DNA of 64,000 nt from an uncultured Shimia sp. (GCF_947493595.1 NZ_CANLRL010000004.1:143201-207200), one strand, 5' to 3'. Numbered from the stretch's first letter, positions 8,777-18,444 are shown. Notes: generated from the sequence alone by a model not told the origin. Numbers and translations: made by a program.

Positions 8777-10081
8777 TTACACAAAGCGGTTCACGTAGTT
8801 TTCCAAAATCTCCTGACGGCCGGATTTGGGTGCCGGGTTGATCTTTCCGCTCATCACGTCGTCGAATGTGCCGTCCAAATCGCCGGCTAGCATGGCTTTG
8901 GCCGCGTCTGTGTCCCAACCGGCGTAGCGCTCGGCCAGGGCATCTTCGAGACCACCGTCCTCGATCATTGCGGCGGCGGCTTTCAGGCCGCGGGCGCAGA
9001 CGTCCATGGCGCCGATGTGGCCTGCGATCAGGTCTTCGGCGTCCAAGGACTGGCGGCGCAGTTTGGCGTCAAAGTTGGTGCCGCCGGTTTTCAGGCCGCC
9101 GTCTTTGAGGATGTGGTAGTAGGCCAGCGCAACTTCGGGCACCGAGTTCGGGAACTGGTCGGTGTCCCAGCCGGATTGGTAGTCGTTGCGGTTCATGTCG
9201 ATCGAGCCGAGCACACCAAGGGCGGCAGCGGTGGCGATCTCATGTTCAAAGCTGTGACCGGCGAGGATGGCGTGGCCCTGCTCGAGGTTGAGTTTGACCT
9301 CGTTTTCCAAGCCGTACTTCTTGAGGAAGCCATAGCAGGTGGCGGCGTCAAAGTCGTATTGATGCTTGGAGGGTTCTTGCGGTTTTGGCTCCACCAAGAT
9401 GGTGCCTTCGAAGCCAATCTTGTGTTTGTAGTCCACCACCATGTTTAGGAAGCGGCCCATGTTGTCGAGTTCACGGCCCATGTCGGTGTTGAGCAGGGTT
9501 TCATAACCCTCGCGGCCGCCCCAGAGCACGTAGTTTTCGCCGCCCAAACGTTTGGTGGCGTCCATGCAGGTTTTCACGGTGGCGGCGGAATAGGCGAAGA
9601 CTTCCGGGTCCGGGTTGGTGGACGCACCACTCATCCAGCGGCGGTGGCTGAACATATTGGCGGTACCCCAGAGCAATTTCACGGCGCGTGTGCTCATTTT
9701 TTCTTCAAAGTAATCAATGATCTCTTCGAAGTTCTTCAGGCTTTCGGCAAAGCTGTCACCCTCAGGGCGCACATCGGCGTCGTGCCAGCAGAAGTAAGGT
9801 TGTTGCAGGATGTCAAACATTTCAAAGGCAGCGTCGGCTTTGACTTTGGCCATGTCCATGCGGGTTTGCGGGTGCCACGGGCGCTCAAAGGTTTGGCCGC
9901 CAAAGGGGTCGCCGCCTTCCCAGGCAAAGCTGTGCCAATAGGCCACGGCAAAGCGCAGGTGGTCTTCCATGCGTTTGCCCATGACAACCTCATCAGGGTT
10001 GTAGTGGTGGAAGGCCATCGGGTTGGTGCTTTCCGGCCCTTCATATTGGGCGGGGGCGATGTTTTTGAAGAAATCGGTCAT
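8777..10081 (-). CDS. xylA: Xylose isomerase (class II)
   Basis: [47 protein letters not shown]. Confidence 0.97.
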   Translation of the reverse strand: MTDFFKNIAPAQYEGPESTNPMAFHHYNPDEVVMGKRMEDHLRFAVAYWHSFAWEGGDPFGGQTFERPWHPQTRMDMAKVKADAAFEMFDILQQPYFCWHDADVRPEGDSFAESLKNFEEIIDYFEEKMSTRAVKLLWGTANMFSHRRWMSGASTNPDPEVFAYSAATVKTCMDATKRLGGENYVLWGGREGYETLLNTDMGRELDNMGRFLNMVVDYKHKIGFEGTILVEPKPQEPSKHQYDFDAATCYGFLKKYGLENEVKLNLEQGHAILAGHSFEHEIATAAALGVLGSIDMNRNDYQSGWDTDQFPNSVPEVALAYYHILKDGGLKTGGTNFDAKLRRQSLDAEDLIAGHIGAMDVCARGLKAAAAMIEDGGLEDALAERYAGWDTDAAKAMLAGDLDGTFDDVMSGKINPAPKSGRQEILENYVNRFV

Positions 10082-11532
10082 TGTGTCAGGGCCTTTATGC
10101 CGGGGTACAGGGTGACGAAGTGGGCGTAGGCCTCTTCGTAGGCGTCGCGCAGATCACTGCGGGGGGAAACGGTTGTGGCGATCTCTGGCCGGGTCATGAC
10201 GGTCTCAGGATCGGCTTTGGTGGCGGCGCAAATGGCCAGCCGGGCGGCGCCAAGGGCCGCGCCAAATTCGCCTGCTTTGGGCAGGGAAATGGGCAGGTTC
10301 AGCAGCGTGGCGATGAGCTCGACCCAATAGGGTGACTGGCTGCCGCCGCCGATGGCAATCAGGCTTTGCAGGTCCGCGCCGGTGGATTTCAACGCTTCGA
10401 GATTATCGCGTAGAGCGAAACTCACACCTTCTAGCACGGCTTGGGTGAGGGCGGCGGGGCCGGTGTCGATGTCGATGTTCAGGAAGGCGCCGCGCATGGT
10501 GGCGTCGTTGTGTGGGGTGCGCTCGCCGGACAGATAGGGCAGGAAGCGCATGGCGCCGGGGCCGTTGATGCTGTCGCCCAAGAGCTTGGTCAGGTTGGCT
10601 GGGCTTTCTTGCAGGTTGCGGGAGAGCCAGTTGAGGCTGTCGGTGGCGGCAAGGATCACGCCCATCTGATACCAGCGATTGGGAACGGCGTGGCAGAAGG
10701 TATGCACGGCGCTTTCCGGTTTGGGGGCGTAGGCGTCGCGGCCAGTGAGCAGCACGCCGGAGGTGCCTAGCGAGACAAAGCCGTCTCCCTCGTTGAGCGC
10801 GCCGATCCCACACGCGGCGGCGGCGTTGTCTCCGGCACCTGCGGCGACAATCACGCCTTTGGGCAGGCCTAGTTCGGCGGCGATGTCATCGCGCACGGTG
10901 CCAATGGCGTCGGAGCCTTCAAACAGGTCCGGCATCTGATCACGGCGCACGCCGGAGGCGGTGAGCAAGGTGTCAGACCAGTCGCGGGTGCCAACGTCAA
11001 GCCAACTGGTGCCAGCGGAGTCGGACATGTCAGAGGCATAGACACCGGTGAGCCAGAAGTTCAGGAAGTCTTTGGGCAGCAGGACTTTGGCGGTTTTGGC
11101 AAATATGTCCGGCTCGTTTTCGGCGACCCAGGCCACTTTGGGGGCGGTGAAGCCAGGGAAGACGATGTTGCCGGACAGGTCTCGCACCTGTTCGGTGGTG
11201 TCGAACTTGGCGGCTTGCGCGGCGGAGCGGGTGTCGTTCCACATCATGCAGGGGCGCAAGGGGGCGCCGTTTTTGTCCAGCAAATTGGCGCCGTGCATGT
11301 GACCGGACACGCCGATGCCTTTGATAGCGGCGACCTCAGTAGGGTGGTCGGCCTTTAGCGCGGCAAAGACCGCTTTGGTGGCCGTGATCCAGTCCGATTG
11401 CAGCTGTTCGCTCCACCCTGAATGCGGTCGCGCCGTGTCCACGGCGGCCTCTTTTGCGCCGATCACACATTGGGACGCGTCAATCAGCAGGGCGCGTACT
11501 CCAGACGTGCCCAGATCCAATCCCACAAACAT
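10078..11532 (-). CDS. xylB: Xylulokinase
   Basis: [48 protein letters not shown]; overlaps the xylA start (ATGA). Confidence 0.96.
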   Translation of the reverse strand: MFVGLDLGTSGVRALLIDASQCVIGAKEAAVDTARPHSGWSEQLQSDWITATKAVFAALKADHPTEVAAIKGIGVSGHMHGANLLDKNGAPLRPCMMWNDTRSAAQAAKFDTTEQVRDLSGNIVFPGFTAPKVAWVAENEPDIFAKTAKVLLPKDFLNFWLTGVYASDMSDSAGTSWLDVGTRDWSDTLLTASGVRRDQMPDLFEGSDAIGTVRDDIAAELGLPKGVIVAAGAGDNAAAACGIGALNEGDGFVSLGTSGVLLTGRDAYAPKPESAVHTFCHAVPNRWYQMGVILAATDSLNWLSRNLQESPANLTKLLGDSINGPGAMRFLPYLSGERTPHNDATMRGAFLNIDIDTGPAALTQAVLEGVSFALRDNLEALKSTGADLQSLIAIGGGSQSPYWVELIATLLNLPISLPKAGEFGAALGAARLAICAATKADPETVMTRPEIATTVSPRSDLRDAYEEAYAHFVTLYPGIKALTQ

Positions 11533-11558
11533 GGGGGTTCCTCCTCAAGTCTACATAC

Positions 11559-11579
11559 TTAATTTGTGCCTCAAATTAA
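11559..11579. promoter_or_regulatory. Predicted XylR operator upstream of xylB
   Basis: Perfect TTAATTTG-TGCCT-CAAATTAA inverted repeat 27 nt upstream of the xylB start. Confidence 0.72.
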
Positions 11580-11726
11580 TTTGAGGATCAAACTAGAAAT
11601 TGCCTACTCGAAGATTTTTCCACTGGAGCGTGGATGGTGGAGATAAGTGTTTTTTTCGAAAAATCGAATGTAAACAAAGAGTTCGTCGTCTATTGGGCGC
11701 GACAGAAGAAAATTGCGAGTGAGCGC

Positions 11727-11757
11727 TTGACCCTCCTGTGACTGGAACCTTTATGTG
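11727..11757 (+). promoter_or_regulatory. CueR-dependent copA promoter
   Basis: TTGACC (-35), 19-nt spacer, TATGTG (-10-like). Overlapping dyad ACCCTCC-N7-GGAACCT resembles the CueR box ACCTTCC-N7-GGAAGGT. Confidence 0.8.
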
Positions 11758-11793
11758 ATGTAGTCGAACGATGTTTGAGAACGAGGCGAGTCG

Positions 11794-14268
11794 ATGACGG
11801 CGCATGTGTTGAATTTCCAGCTGGACGGGCTGAGCTGTGCGGGCTGCGTGAACCGCGCGCAGAAGGCGATGGCCGCTGTGGAAGGGGTGCAGGACGCAAG
11901 TGTGAACTTGGCGGACACCTCGGCGCGGGTGGCGTTTGAGGATGACACCGTGCGCGACGGTGTGATTGCGGCGCTGAAGTCGGCGGGCTATCCGGCGCGG
12001 GAGGCTACGGTGACGCTGGATGTGGGGGGCATGACCTGTGCAGGCTGTGTCCGCCGCGCGGAGGCCGCGATGGCGGCGGGCGAGGGCGTGCTGACGGCGG
12101 AGATCAACTTTGCCAGCGAGAGCGCAACCGTGCGTTATCTGGAAGGCGCGATCACGGCCAACCAGATTGCCGCGTTGAGCACGCGGGCGGGCTATCCGGC
12201 GCGGGTGCCGGAGGAGGGCGTGCCAGAAGACATCGCAGATCGGAAAGAGGAAGAGGCCAAGGCGGCCAAGCGGCGGGTGCTGCTGGCGGTGGTGCTGGCG
12301 TTTCCGGTGTTTTGCATCGAAATGGGCGGACATATGGTGCCCGCGTTTCATCATTGGCTGATGGCCAATGTGGGGATGCAAAACAGCTATCTGTTTCAGT
12401 TTGTGCTGACCTCGATCCTGTTGGTCGGGCCAGGGCGGGAGTTTTACGCCAAGGGTATTCCTGCGCTACTGAAAGGCGCGCCGGAGATGAACTCGCTGGT
12501 CGCCTTGGGCACGGGGGCGGCTTATCTGTTCTCCGTCGTGTCGACCTTTGCGCCGGGGCTGCTGCCTGCGGGCACCGCCAATGTGTATTTTGAAGCGGCG
12601 GCGGTGATTGTAGTGCTGATCCTGGCGGGGCGCTGGATGGAAGCGCGGGCCAAGGGGCGCACCGGGGCGGCGATTGCCGAGCTTGTCGGCTTGCAGCCGC
12701 GCGTGGCGCAGGTGGAGCGTAAAGGCAAAGTATCCGAGGTGGCGATCGAAGAGGTGGCGGTGGGCGATGTGCTGCATCTGCGGCCCGGGGAGCGTGTGGC
12801 TGTGGATGGGCGTGTGCTGGATGGCAACTCCTTTGTGGATGAGGCGATGATTTCCGGTGAGCCGGTGCCAGTGGAGAAATCCGCAGGCGATGCGGTGATA
12901 GCGGGCACGGTGAATGGCGCCGGTGTCCTGCGCTATGAGGCGGAGCAGGTGGGGCGCGACACGATGCTGGCGCAGATCATCGACATGGTGCGTCAGGCGC
13001 AAGGGGCAAAGTTGCCGATCCAGAACCTGGTGGACCGGATCACGGCGGTGTTTGTGCCGGTGGTGATGGCGATTGCGGCGGCGACCTTTGTGGTCTGGAT
13101 GTTTGTGGGGCCGGAGCCGCGCCTGGGCTATTCGCTGGTGGCGGCGGTGGCGGTACTCATTATCGCTTGCCCCTGCGCCATGGGATTGGCCACGCCAACC
13201 TCGATTATGGTCGGGACGGGACGGGCGGCGCAGTTGGGCGTTTTGTTTCGCAAAGGTGACGCGCTGCAGGGTTTGCGGGACTGCGATGTGGTGGCGTTTG
13301 ACAAGACGGGCACGCTGACCCAAGGGGCGCCATCAGTGACCGATGTGGCATTGGCGGAAGGTTTTGACGAGGATGATGTGTTGGCGCGGGTGGCGTCGGT
13401 TGAGGGGCAATCCGAGCATCCGTTGGCGCGGGCGATGGTTGCTGAAGCTCAAGAACGTGGGCTGGACGTGGCAGCGTGTACGGAGCTTGAGGTGCGGGTT
13501 GGGCACGGGCTGATTGGCACTGTGGATGGCGCACAGGTGGCCGTAGGCGCGGCGCGGTTGATGTTGGCACTGGAGGTGCCTTTGGGTGGGTTTGAAGCGC
13601 TGGCGGTTGCGTTTGCCGAGGCAGGCAAGACGCCGATCTATGTGTCGGTGGACGGCACATTGGCCGCTGTGATTGCGGTGGCGGATGCGGTGAAACCAAA
13701 CTCGGCAGCAGCAATCAAAGCCCTTCATGGCATGGGCAAGACCGTGGCGATGATCTCCGGTGACACAGAACGCACGGCGCAGGCTTTGGCGCGGGAATTG
13801 GGCGTGGATCACGTGGTCGCAGAGGTCTTACCAGACGGTAAGGTTGCGGCGCTGGAGCAGTTGCGCGACACCGTTGGCAAGGTGGCCTTTGTCGGCGATG
13901 GCATAAACGACGCGCCCGCCCTGGCGGCGGCGGATGTGGGTATCGCCATTGGCACAGGCACGGATGTGGCGATTGAAGCGGCGGATGTGGTGTTGATGGC
14001 GGGCGACGTGGGGGGCGTTGTGACCGGGTTTGACCTGAGCCGCCGGGTGATGCGTAATATCAAAGAGAACCTGTTCTGGGCGTTTGGCTACAACGTGGCG
14101 CTGATCCCTGTGGCGGCGGGCATTTTGGTGCCCTTTGGCGGGCCCGCGCTGTCACCGATGTTGGGCGCCGGGGCGATGGCGCTCTCCAGCGTGTTTGTCC
14201 TGTCCAACGCGCTGCGGTTGCGGCGCATCCAGCCAGCCTTTCAGGCCAGCAAGAAAGAAGGTGTGTGA
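11794..14268 (+). CDS. copA: Copper-translocating P1B-type ATPase
   Basis: Two HMA domains (GLSCAGC, GMTCAGC), CPC, DKTGT, SEHP, GDGIND, YN and MxxSS Cu(I) transmembrane motifs. Confidence 0.95.
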   Translation: MTAHVLNFQLDGLSCAGCVNRAQKAMAAVEGVQDASVNLADTSARVAFEDDTVRDGVIAALKSAGYPAREATVTLDVGGMTCAGCVRRAEAAMAAGEGVLTAEINFASESATVRYLEGAITANQIAALSTRAGYPARVPEEGVPEDIADRKEEEAKAAKRRVLLAVVLAFPVFCIEMGGHMVPAFHHWLMANVGMQNSYLFQFVLTSILLVGPGREFYAKGIPALLKGAPEMNSLVALGTGAAYLFSVVSTFAPGLLPAGTANVYFEAAAVIVVLILAGRWMEARAKGRTGAAIAELVGLQPRVAQVERKGKVSEVAIEEVAVGDVLHLRPGERVAVDGRVLDGNSFVDEAMISGEPVPVEKSAGDAVIAGTVNGAGVLRYEAEQVGRDTMLAQIIDMVRQAQGAKLPIQNLVDRITAVFVPVVMAIAAATFVVWMFVGPEPRLGYSLVAAVAVLIIACPCAMGLATPTSIMVGTGRAAQLGVLFRKGDALQGLRDCDVVAFDKTGTLTQGAPSVTDVALAEGFDEDDVLARVASVEGQSEHPLARAMVAEAQERGLDVAACTELEVRVGHGLIGTVDGAQVAVGAARLMLALEVPLGGFEALAVAFAEAGKTPIYVSVDGTLAAVIAVADAVKPNSAAAIKALHGMGKTVAMISGDTERTAQALARELGVDHVVAEVLPDGKVAALEQLRDTVGKVAFVGDGINDAPALAAADVGIAIGTGTDVAIEAADVVLMAGDVGGVVTGFDLSRRVMRNIKENLFWAFGYNVALIPVAAGILVPFGGPALSPMLGAGAMALSSVFVLSNALRLRRIQPAFQASKKEGV

Positions 14269-14654
14269 TGAATATCGGGGAAGTTTCCAAGAACACCGGA
14301 CTGCCGGCAAAGACCATTCGCTACTATGAGGACATCGGTTTTGTGACCCCGGCGCGGGGCGACAATGGCTATCGCAGTTTCAGCGAGAAGGATCAGCACA
14401 AGCTGGTGTTTCTGGGCCGGGCGAGGGGGCTTGGGTTTTCGATTGAGGACTGCCGGACGTTGTTGGCGCTGTATGAGGATCAGGGGCGGGCCAGTGCGGA
14501 TGTGAAGCGGGTGGCGCAGAAGAACTTGAGTGAGATTGACCGCAAGATTGCGGATTTGCAGGCGATGCGGGGCACTTTGAGCCATCTGGTGGCCAATTGC
14601 GCCGGTGACGGGCGGCCGGATTGTCCGATCTTGGAGGATCTGGGGCGCAGCTAA
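14265..14654 (+). CDS. cueR: Cu(I)-responsive MerR-family regulator
   Basis: MNIGEVS...KTIRYYEDIG...NGYR; C-terminal CAGDGRPDCPIL Cu-binding loop; overlaps the copA stop. Confidence 0.95.
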   Translation: MMNIGEVSKNTGLPAKTIRYYEDIGFVTPARGDNGYRSFSEKDQHKLVFLGRARGLGFSIEDCRTLLALYEDQGRASADVKRVAQKNLSEIDRKIADLQAMRGTLSHLVANCAGDGRPDCPILEDLGRS

Positions 14655-14709
14655 CGCGCTGATGTCACAAAAGGATTGCTCTGTGGCTGCCGCGTAGTAG
14701 CATCTCGCC

Positions 14710-15423
14710 ATGGGACCCATTCATTACGCGCTGTTGTTATCCTTGTTTGCCGGTCTGGCGATCCCGTTGGGGGGCGTTCTGGCGCGGGTGGAGCATATCT
14801 CCAACCGTGCGGTGGAGGCGCGGTTTCTGAAATCCATCACAGCTTTTGGCGGCGGGGCGTTGCTCTCGGCGGTGGCGTTGGTGCTGGTGCCCAAGGGCGC
14901 GGAGGTGCTGACCGTTGCGCTGGCCGTTGGGTTGTTGGTGGCCGGGGGCGTGTGTTTTGCGCTGGTGGATGCGGCCTTGGCGAAGGCGGGTGGCAGCGGG
15001 GCAATTGTGCTGGCGATGCTGTTGGATTTCCTGCCGGAAGCCATGGCGCTTGGGGCGTTGTTGGTGACAGAGGCAGCAACGGCGAAGTTGTTGGCGGCGA
15101 TGATGTTTCTGCAGAACCTGCCGGAAGGGTTTGCCGCGTTCCGGGAGATTTGGGTGCAGGGGAAGTTGCCCGCGGCCAAAGTGCTTTTGGTGTTTGTCGC
15201 GCTGGCTGGCTTGGGGCCGCTCTGTGCGCTGCTTGGCTTTGCGTTTTTGGCGGATGATCCGGAGACGCTGGGGGCGATCACGATTTTTGCCGCCGGTGGG
15301 ATTTTATATCTGGTGTTTCAGGACATCGCGCCGGAAGCGCATGAGAGCGGGGCTTATTCGCCGGCATTGGGAGCGGTGGCCGGGTTTGCGCTTGGGCTGG
15401 CTGGCGACATGGTGATTGGGTGA
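14710..15423 (+). CDS. ZIP/ZupT-family divalent metal transporter (short form)
   Basis: Hydrophobic, about 8 TM; LAIPLGG, AFGGGALL, DFLPEAMALG, QNLPEG, FAAGGILY, APEA. Confidence 0.75.
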   Translation: MGPIHYALLLSLFAGLAIPLGGVLARVEHISNRAVEARFLKSITAFGGGALLSAVALVLVPKGAEVLTVALAVGLLVAGGVCFALVDAALAKAGGSGAIVLAMLLDFLPEAMALGALLVTEAATAKLLAAMMFLQNLPEGFAAFREIWVQGKLPAAKVLLVFVALAGLGPLCALLGFAFLADDPETLGAITIFAAGGILYLVFQDIAPEAHESGAYSPALGAVAGFALGLAGDMVIG

Positions 15424-15541
15424 GGTGGGTGCTGCGGAAGGGCGCCTACTACGCTGCTTCGTGCCAGATTTGTTGCTCTTGGGCTGATTGTTCCCTAGGG
15501 CTTGTGGGATTGGAAAATACGATGATTGGAAAATCGAACAT

Positions 15542-16018
15542 ATGAACATGCTTCGAGCAATAATTCTGTTTGTCACGGTATTCACACTGCCTGTGCATGC
15601 TTCTGAAAATAAAGATAAATTGAAGGTTGGGTTATTCCACACCCCAGCGAGTTTTTCCGCGACACTTTCCGCCATAGATGACGAGAACCGTATTGTTCTG
15701 CCAAGTGCGACTTGGTTTGAACCTTCGGAAGTGAACGCATGGGTGCTGTTCATTTCGTCTGACGAAGATCGGATGGCGTTGCCTGAAATAGCACTTCAAG
15801 TTGTCGAAGCGGTCGAGGCGAGCCCAAATCCACTGGTTCGGGTTTCCGTTGACCTTCAAAATGGACAATCGCTTCGGGTGCAGGTGAACAACTTGGCTAA
15901 GACTTCGCGCAGCGTGGACTTTCAGGGATGCCTAGCTGCGCTTGATATTGCGTCCGTTGCTTATGGGGAAAGCTATGTGACGCCGGAAAATATCGAGGTG
16001 TTTTGTAGCGAGCATTGA
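15542..16018 (+). CDS. Hypothetical exported protein, AT-richer than flanks
   Basis: Signal-peptide-like MNMLRAIILFVTVFTLPVHA; open frame of 158 codons; no family recognised. Confidence 0.6.
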   Translation: MNMLRAIILFVTVFTLPVHASENKDKLKVGLFHTPASFSATLSAIDDENRIVLPSATWFEPSEVNAWVLFISSDEDRMALPEIALQVVEAVEASPNPLVRVSVDLQNGQSLRVQVNNLAKTSRSVDFQGCLAALDIASVAYGESYVTPENIEVFCSEH

Positions 16019-16070
16019 AACGATTCAAGCGCTGCTTGGAGATGGTGAAACATGTTGTGCGAGACACAAA

Positions 16071-16098
16071 AAAGGCTGCCTCGGAGGAGGCAGCCTTT
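16071..16098 (-). terminator. Intrinsic terminator downstream of leuA
   Basis: AAAGGCTGCCTC-GGAG-GAGGCAGCCTTT, preceded by an A-run (a U-tract on the minus strand). Confidence 0.85.
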
Positions 16099-16105
16099 CC
16101 TCTAC

Positions 16106-17671
16106 TTAAGCGAGGTCCTTATAGGACACTTCTTTGGCATCCGCGCCTTCGCCCACTTTGTCACGGCGCACTAGAAGACGGTTGAGCGCGTGGATGTAGG
16201 CCTTGGCGGAGGCGACCACCGTGTCGGTGTTGGCCGACTGGCCAGTGGCGATGACGCCGTCTTCTTCAAGACGCACGGAAACGGTCGCCTGCGCGTCGGT
16301 GCCTTCGGTCACGGCGCTCACCTGATAGAGTTGCAGGCGGGCGGTGTTGGGGTGGATCTGGCGGATCGCTTTGAAGGTGGCGTCTACTGGGCCGTCGCCC
16401 TCGGACGTGGCCGACATGTCTTTGCCGTCCACTTCCATCTCGATGGTGCTTTCGGCCGGACCGCCGGTGCCGCAGACCACTTTCATGGACACGAGCTGCA
16501 GACGGTCGTCTTCGTCTTCACCGCTGTCGGCGCGCACGAGTGCGACCACGTCGTCGTCAAACACCTCTTTCTTGCGGTCGGCCAGCTCCTTGAAGCGCAC
16601 AAAGATGTCTTTGAGCTGGTTGTCGCCCACTTCAAAGCCGAGCTGCTCCAACTTGTCGCGCAGGGCGGCGCGGCCGGAGTGTTTGCCCAGAGGCAGCGAG
16701 GTGCCGGAGAGGCCCACGTCTTCGGGACGCATGATCTCGAAGTTCTCGCGGTTCTTCAGCATGCCGTCCTGGTGGATGCCGCTTTCATGGGCAAAGGCGT
16801 TTTTGCCAACGATGGCTTTGTTGGGCTGCACCAGGAAGCCGGACACGGTGGAGACACGGCGGGAGATCGCCATGATTTTGGTCGTGTCGATGCCGGTGGT
16901 CCAAGGCATGATGTCGTGGCGGGTTTTCAGCGCCATGACCACTTCTTCAAGCGCAGTATTACCAGCCCGTTCGCCCAGACCGTTGATGGTGCATTCGATT
17001 TGACGCGCGCCGCCTGCGACGGCGGCGAGGGAGTTGGCGGTCGCCATGCCCAGGTCGTTGTGGCAGTGGGTGGCGAAGATCACGTCATCCGCACCCGGCA
17101 CGGTTTTGATCAGGCGTTTGATCAGATCGGCGCTTTCGGCCGGGGCGGTGTAGCCCACGGTGTCGGGGATGTTGATGGTGGTGGCGCCCGCTTTGATGGC
17201 GATTTCGATCACGCGGCAGAGGTAGTCCCACTCGGTGCGGGTGGCATCCATGGGCGACCATTGCACGTTGTCACAGAGGTTGCGCGCGTGGGTCACGGTC
17301 TGGTGGATCTTGTCGGCCATTTCGTCCTGGGTGAGGTTCGGAATGGCGCGGTGCAGCGGTGACGTGCCGATAAACGTGTGGATGCGGTTCTGCTTGGCGT
17401 GTTTCACCGCCTCCCAACAGCGGTCGATGTCGGCGAAGTTGGCACGTGCCAGACCGCAGATGCGGGAGTTCACGGAGTTCTTGGCGATCTCGGAAACCGC
17501 GGCGAAGTCACCCTCAGAAGCAATCGGGAAACCGGCTTCGATGATGTCCACGCCCATGTCGTCGAGCATGCCGGCAATTTCCAGCTTCTCGTCATGGGTC
17601 ATGGTGGCGCCGGGGGATTGTTCGCCGTCGCGCAGGGTGGTGTCAAAAATCAGGACTTTGTTGTCGGACAT
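16106..17671 (-). CDS. leuA: 2-isopropylmalate synthase
   Basis: IFDTTLRDGEQSPG, NIPDTVGY, HCHNDLGMATAN, GERAGN, AHESGIHQDG, and a C-terminal regulatory domain. Confidence 0.97.
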   Translation of the reverse strand: MSDNKVLIFDTTLRDGEQSPGATMTHDEKLEIAGMLDDMGVDIIEAGFPIASEGDFAAVSEIAKNSVNSRICGLARANFADIDRCWEAVKHAKQNRIHTFIGTSPLHRAIPNLTQDEMADKIHQTVTHARNLCDNVQWSPMDATRTEWDYLCRVIEIAIKAGATTINIPDTVGYTAPAESADLIKRLIKTVPGADDVIFATHCHNDLGMATANSLAAVAGGARQIECTINGLGERAGNTALEEVVMALKTRHDIMPWTTGIDTTKIMAISRRVSTVSGFLVQPNKAIVGKNAFAHESGIHQDGMLKNRENFEIMRPEDVGLSGTSLPLGKHSGRAALRDKLEQLGFEVGDNQLKDIFVRFKELADRKKEVFDDDVVALVRADSGEDEDDRLQLVSMKVVCGTGGPAESTIEMEVDGKDMSATSEGDGPVDATFKAIRQIHPNTARLQLYQVSAVTEGTDAQATVSVRLEEDGVIATGQSANTDTVVASAKAYIHALNRLLVRRDKVGEGADAKEVSYKDLA

Positions 17672-17685
17672 GGGTTTGTTCCAGT

Positions 17686-18042
17686 TTAGATATGCGGTTT
17701 AGGAGACGGGGCGCGGTCGCTGTCTCCGGAATTGGGTTCGCCGGTGGGCTCGATCAGAAGCACTTTCACTTCTTTCTCGGCACGGGGACGGTGGACCTGG
17801 CCTTGAGGCACAATCAACAACTCACCTGCGCCAAAGGTGACAGAGGGGGCGTTGTCGTAGTCCATGGTGACTTCGCCTTCGAGCACAAGAAAGAAGTCAT
17901 CGGTTTTGTCATGTTTGTGCAGCGGGTACTCGCCCTGAAATTTCACCACCATGACGTCGTTGCCGTTGTAGTTGGCAACCACATGCGGGTCCCAATGGCT
18001 TGAGAACATGGATAGTTTTTCGGCGAGATTGATTTTTTGCAT
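17686..18042 (-). CDS. Cupin-domain protein
   Basis: KINLAEK...HW.P...VVKFQGEYPLHKHDKTDDFFLVLEG...PQGQVHRP cupin motifs 1 and 2. Confidence 0.85.
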   Translation of the reverse strand: MQKINLAEKLSMFSSHWDPHVVANYNGNDVMVVKFQGEYPLHKHDKTDDFFLVLEGEVTMDYDNAPSVTFGAGELLIVPQGQVHRPRAEKEVKVLLIEPTGEPNSGDSDRAPSPKPHI

Positions 18043-18095
18043 CGTGTTTTCCTAGTTACCTGTTGCTGTCGTTTGCCGCGAGGCGGTTAGACATG

Positions 18096-18149
18096 TGGCG
18101 CGAGACATTCTCCTCTGAGCACGCGCGCCAACAGGGTCACGCTCAGAGG
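18096..18149 (-). promoter_or_regulatory. Leader RNA structure of the cupin-leuA transcript
   Basis: 9-bp stem 18112-18120/18141-18149 includes the leader stop codon; loop 7-mer 18124-18130 is complementary to 18096-18102. Confidence 0.65.
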
Positions 18150-18229
18150 CGGACTAGGAGTAGGTCGAGGCCACGCGCAAAGGGCGCCGGAAGGCGCGCG
18201 TCTGTTGCGATATGGGCTCGTGTGGTCAT
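18143..18229 (-). CDS. Leucine leader peptide, 28 aa (MTTRAHIATDARLPAPFARGLDLLLVRL)
   Basis: Read directly from the minus strand; not in the ORF track. Five Leu codons in the last eight (CTC GAC CTA CTC CTA GTC CGC CTC TGA), two of them rare CTA. Confidence 0.8.
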   Translation of the reverse strand: MTTRAHIATDARLPAPFARGLDLLLVRL

Positions 18230-18301
18230 GGCGCAGATTTATACATGCCGAAGGTCAAATGAAAAGGGCAAAAGTTTTGGATTTTTATCTAGGGTGGGAC
18301 T

Positions 18302-18361
18302 GGGGCTTTGCCCGGTCACAGCGGGGCTATGACTCCCCAGGATATTTGGGGACTGTGAAAG
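18302..18361 (+). repeat. Short intergenic repeat element, copy A
   Basis: GGGGCTTTGCCC, small hairpin, CCCCAGGATATTTGGGGACTGTGAAAG; same layout as 35491-35552. Confidence 0.55.
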
Positions 18362-18394
18362 GCGGTAGTGGGGCGGTCACACCGATCTGAAATG

Positions 18395-18423
18395 AAAAAA
18401 CCGCGCTTTTGGGCGCGGCTTTG
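18395..18423 (-). terminator. Intrinsic terminator downstream of the MORN gene
   Basis: A6-CCGCGC-TTTTGG-GCGCGG-CTTT. Confidence 0.7.
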
Positions 18424-18444
18424 TGATTTTTGCTGTCGGTGTGA

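Noticed and set aside
18057-18095. Minus-strand mini-ORF MSNRLAANDSNR resembling a tmRNA tag (AANDN...)
   Set aside because: Only five residues match, there is no tRNA-like domain or terminal AA, and RBS spacing is poor; treated as chance.
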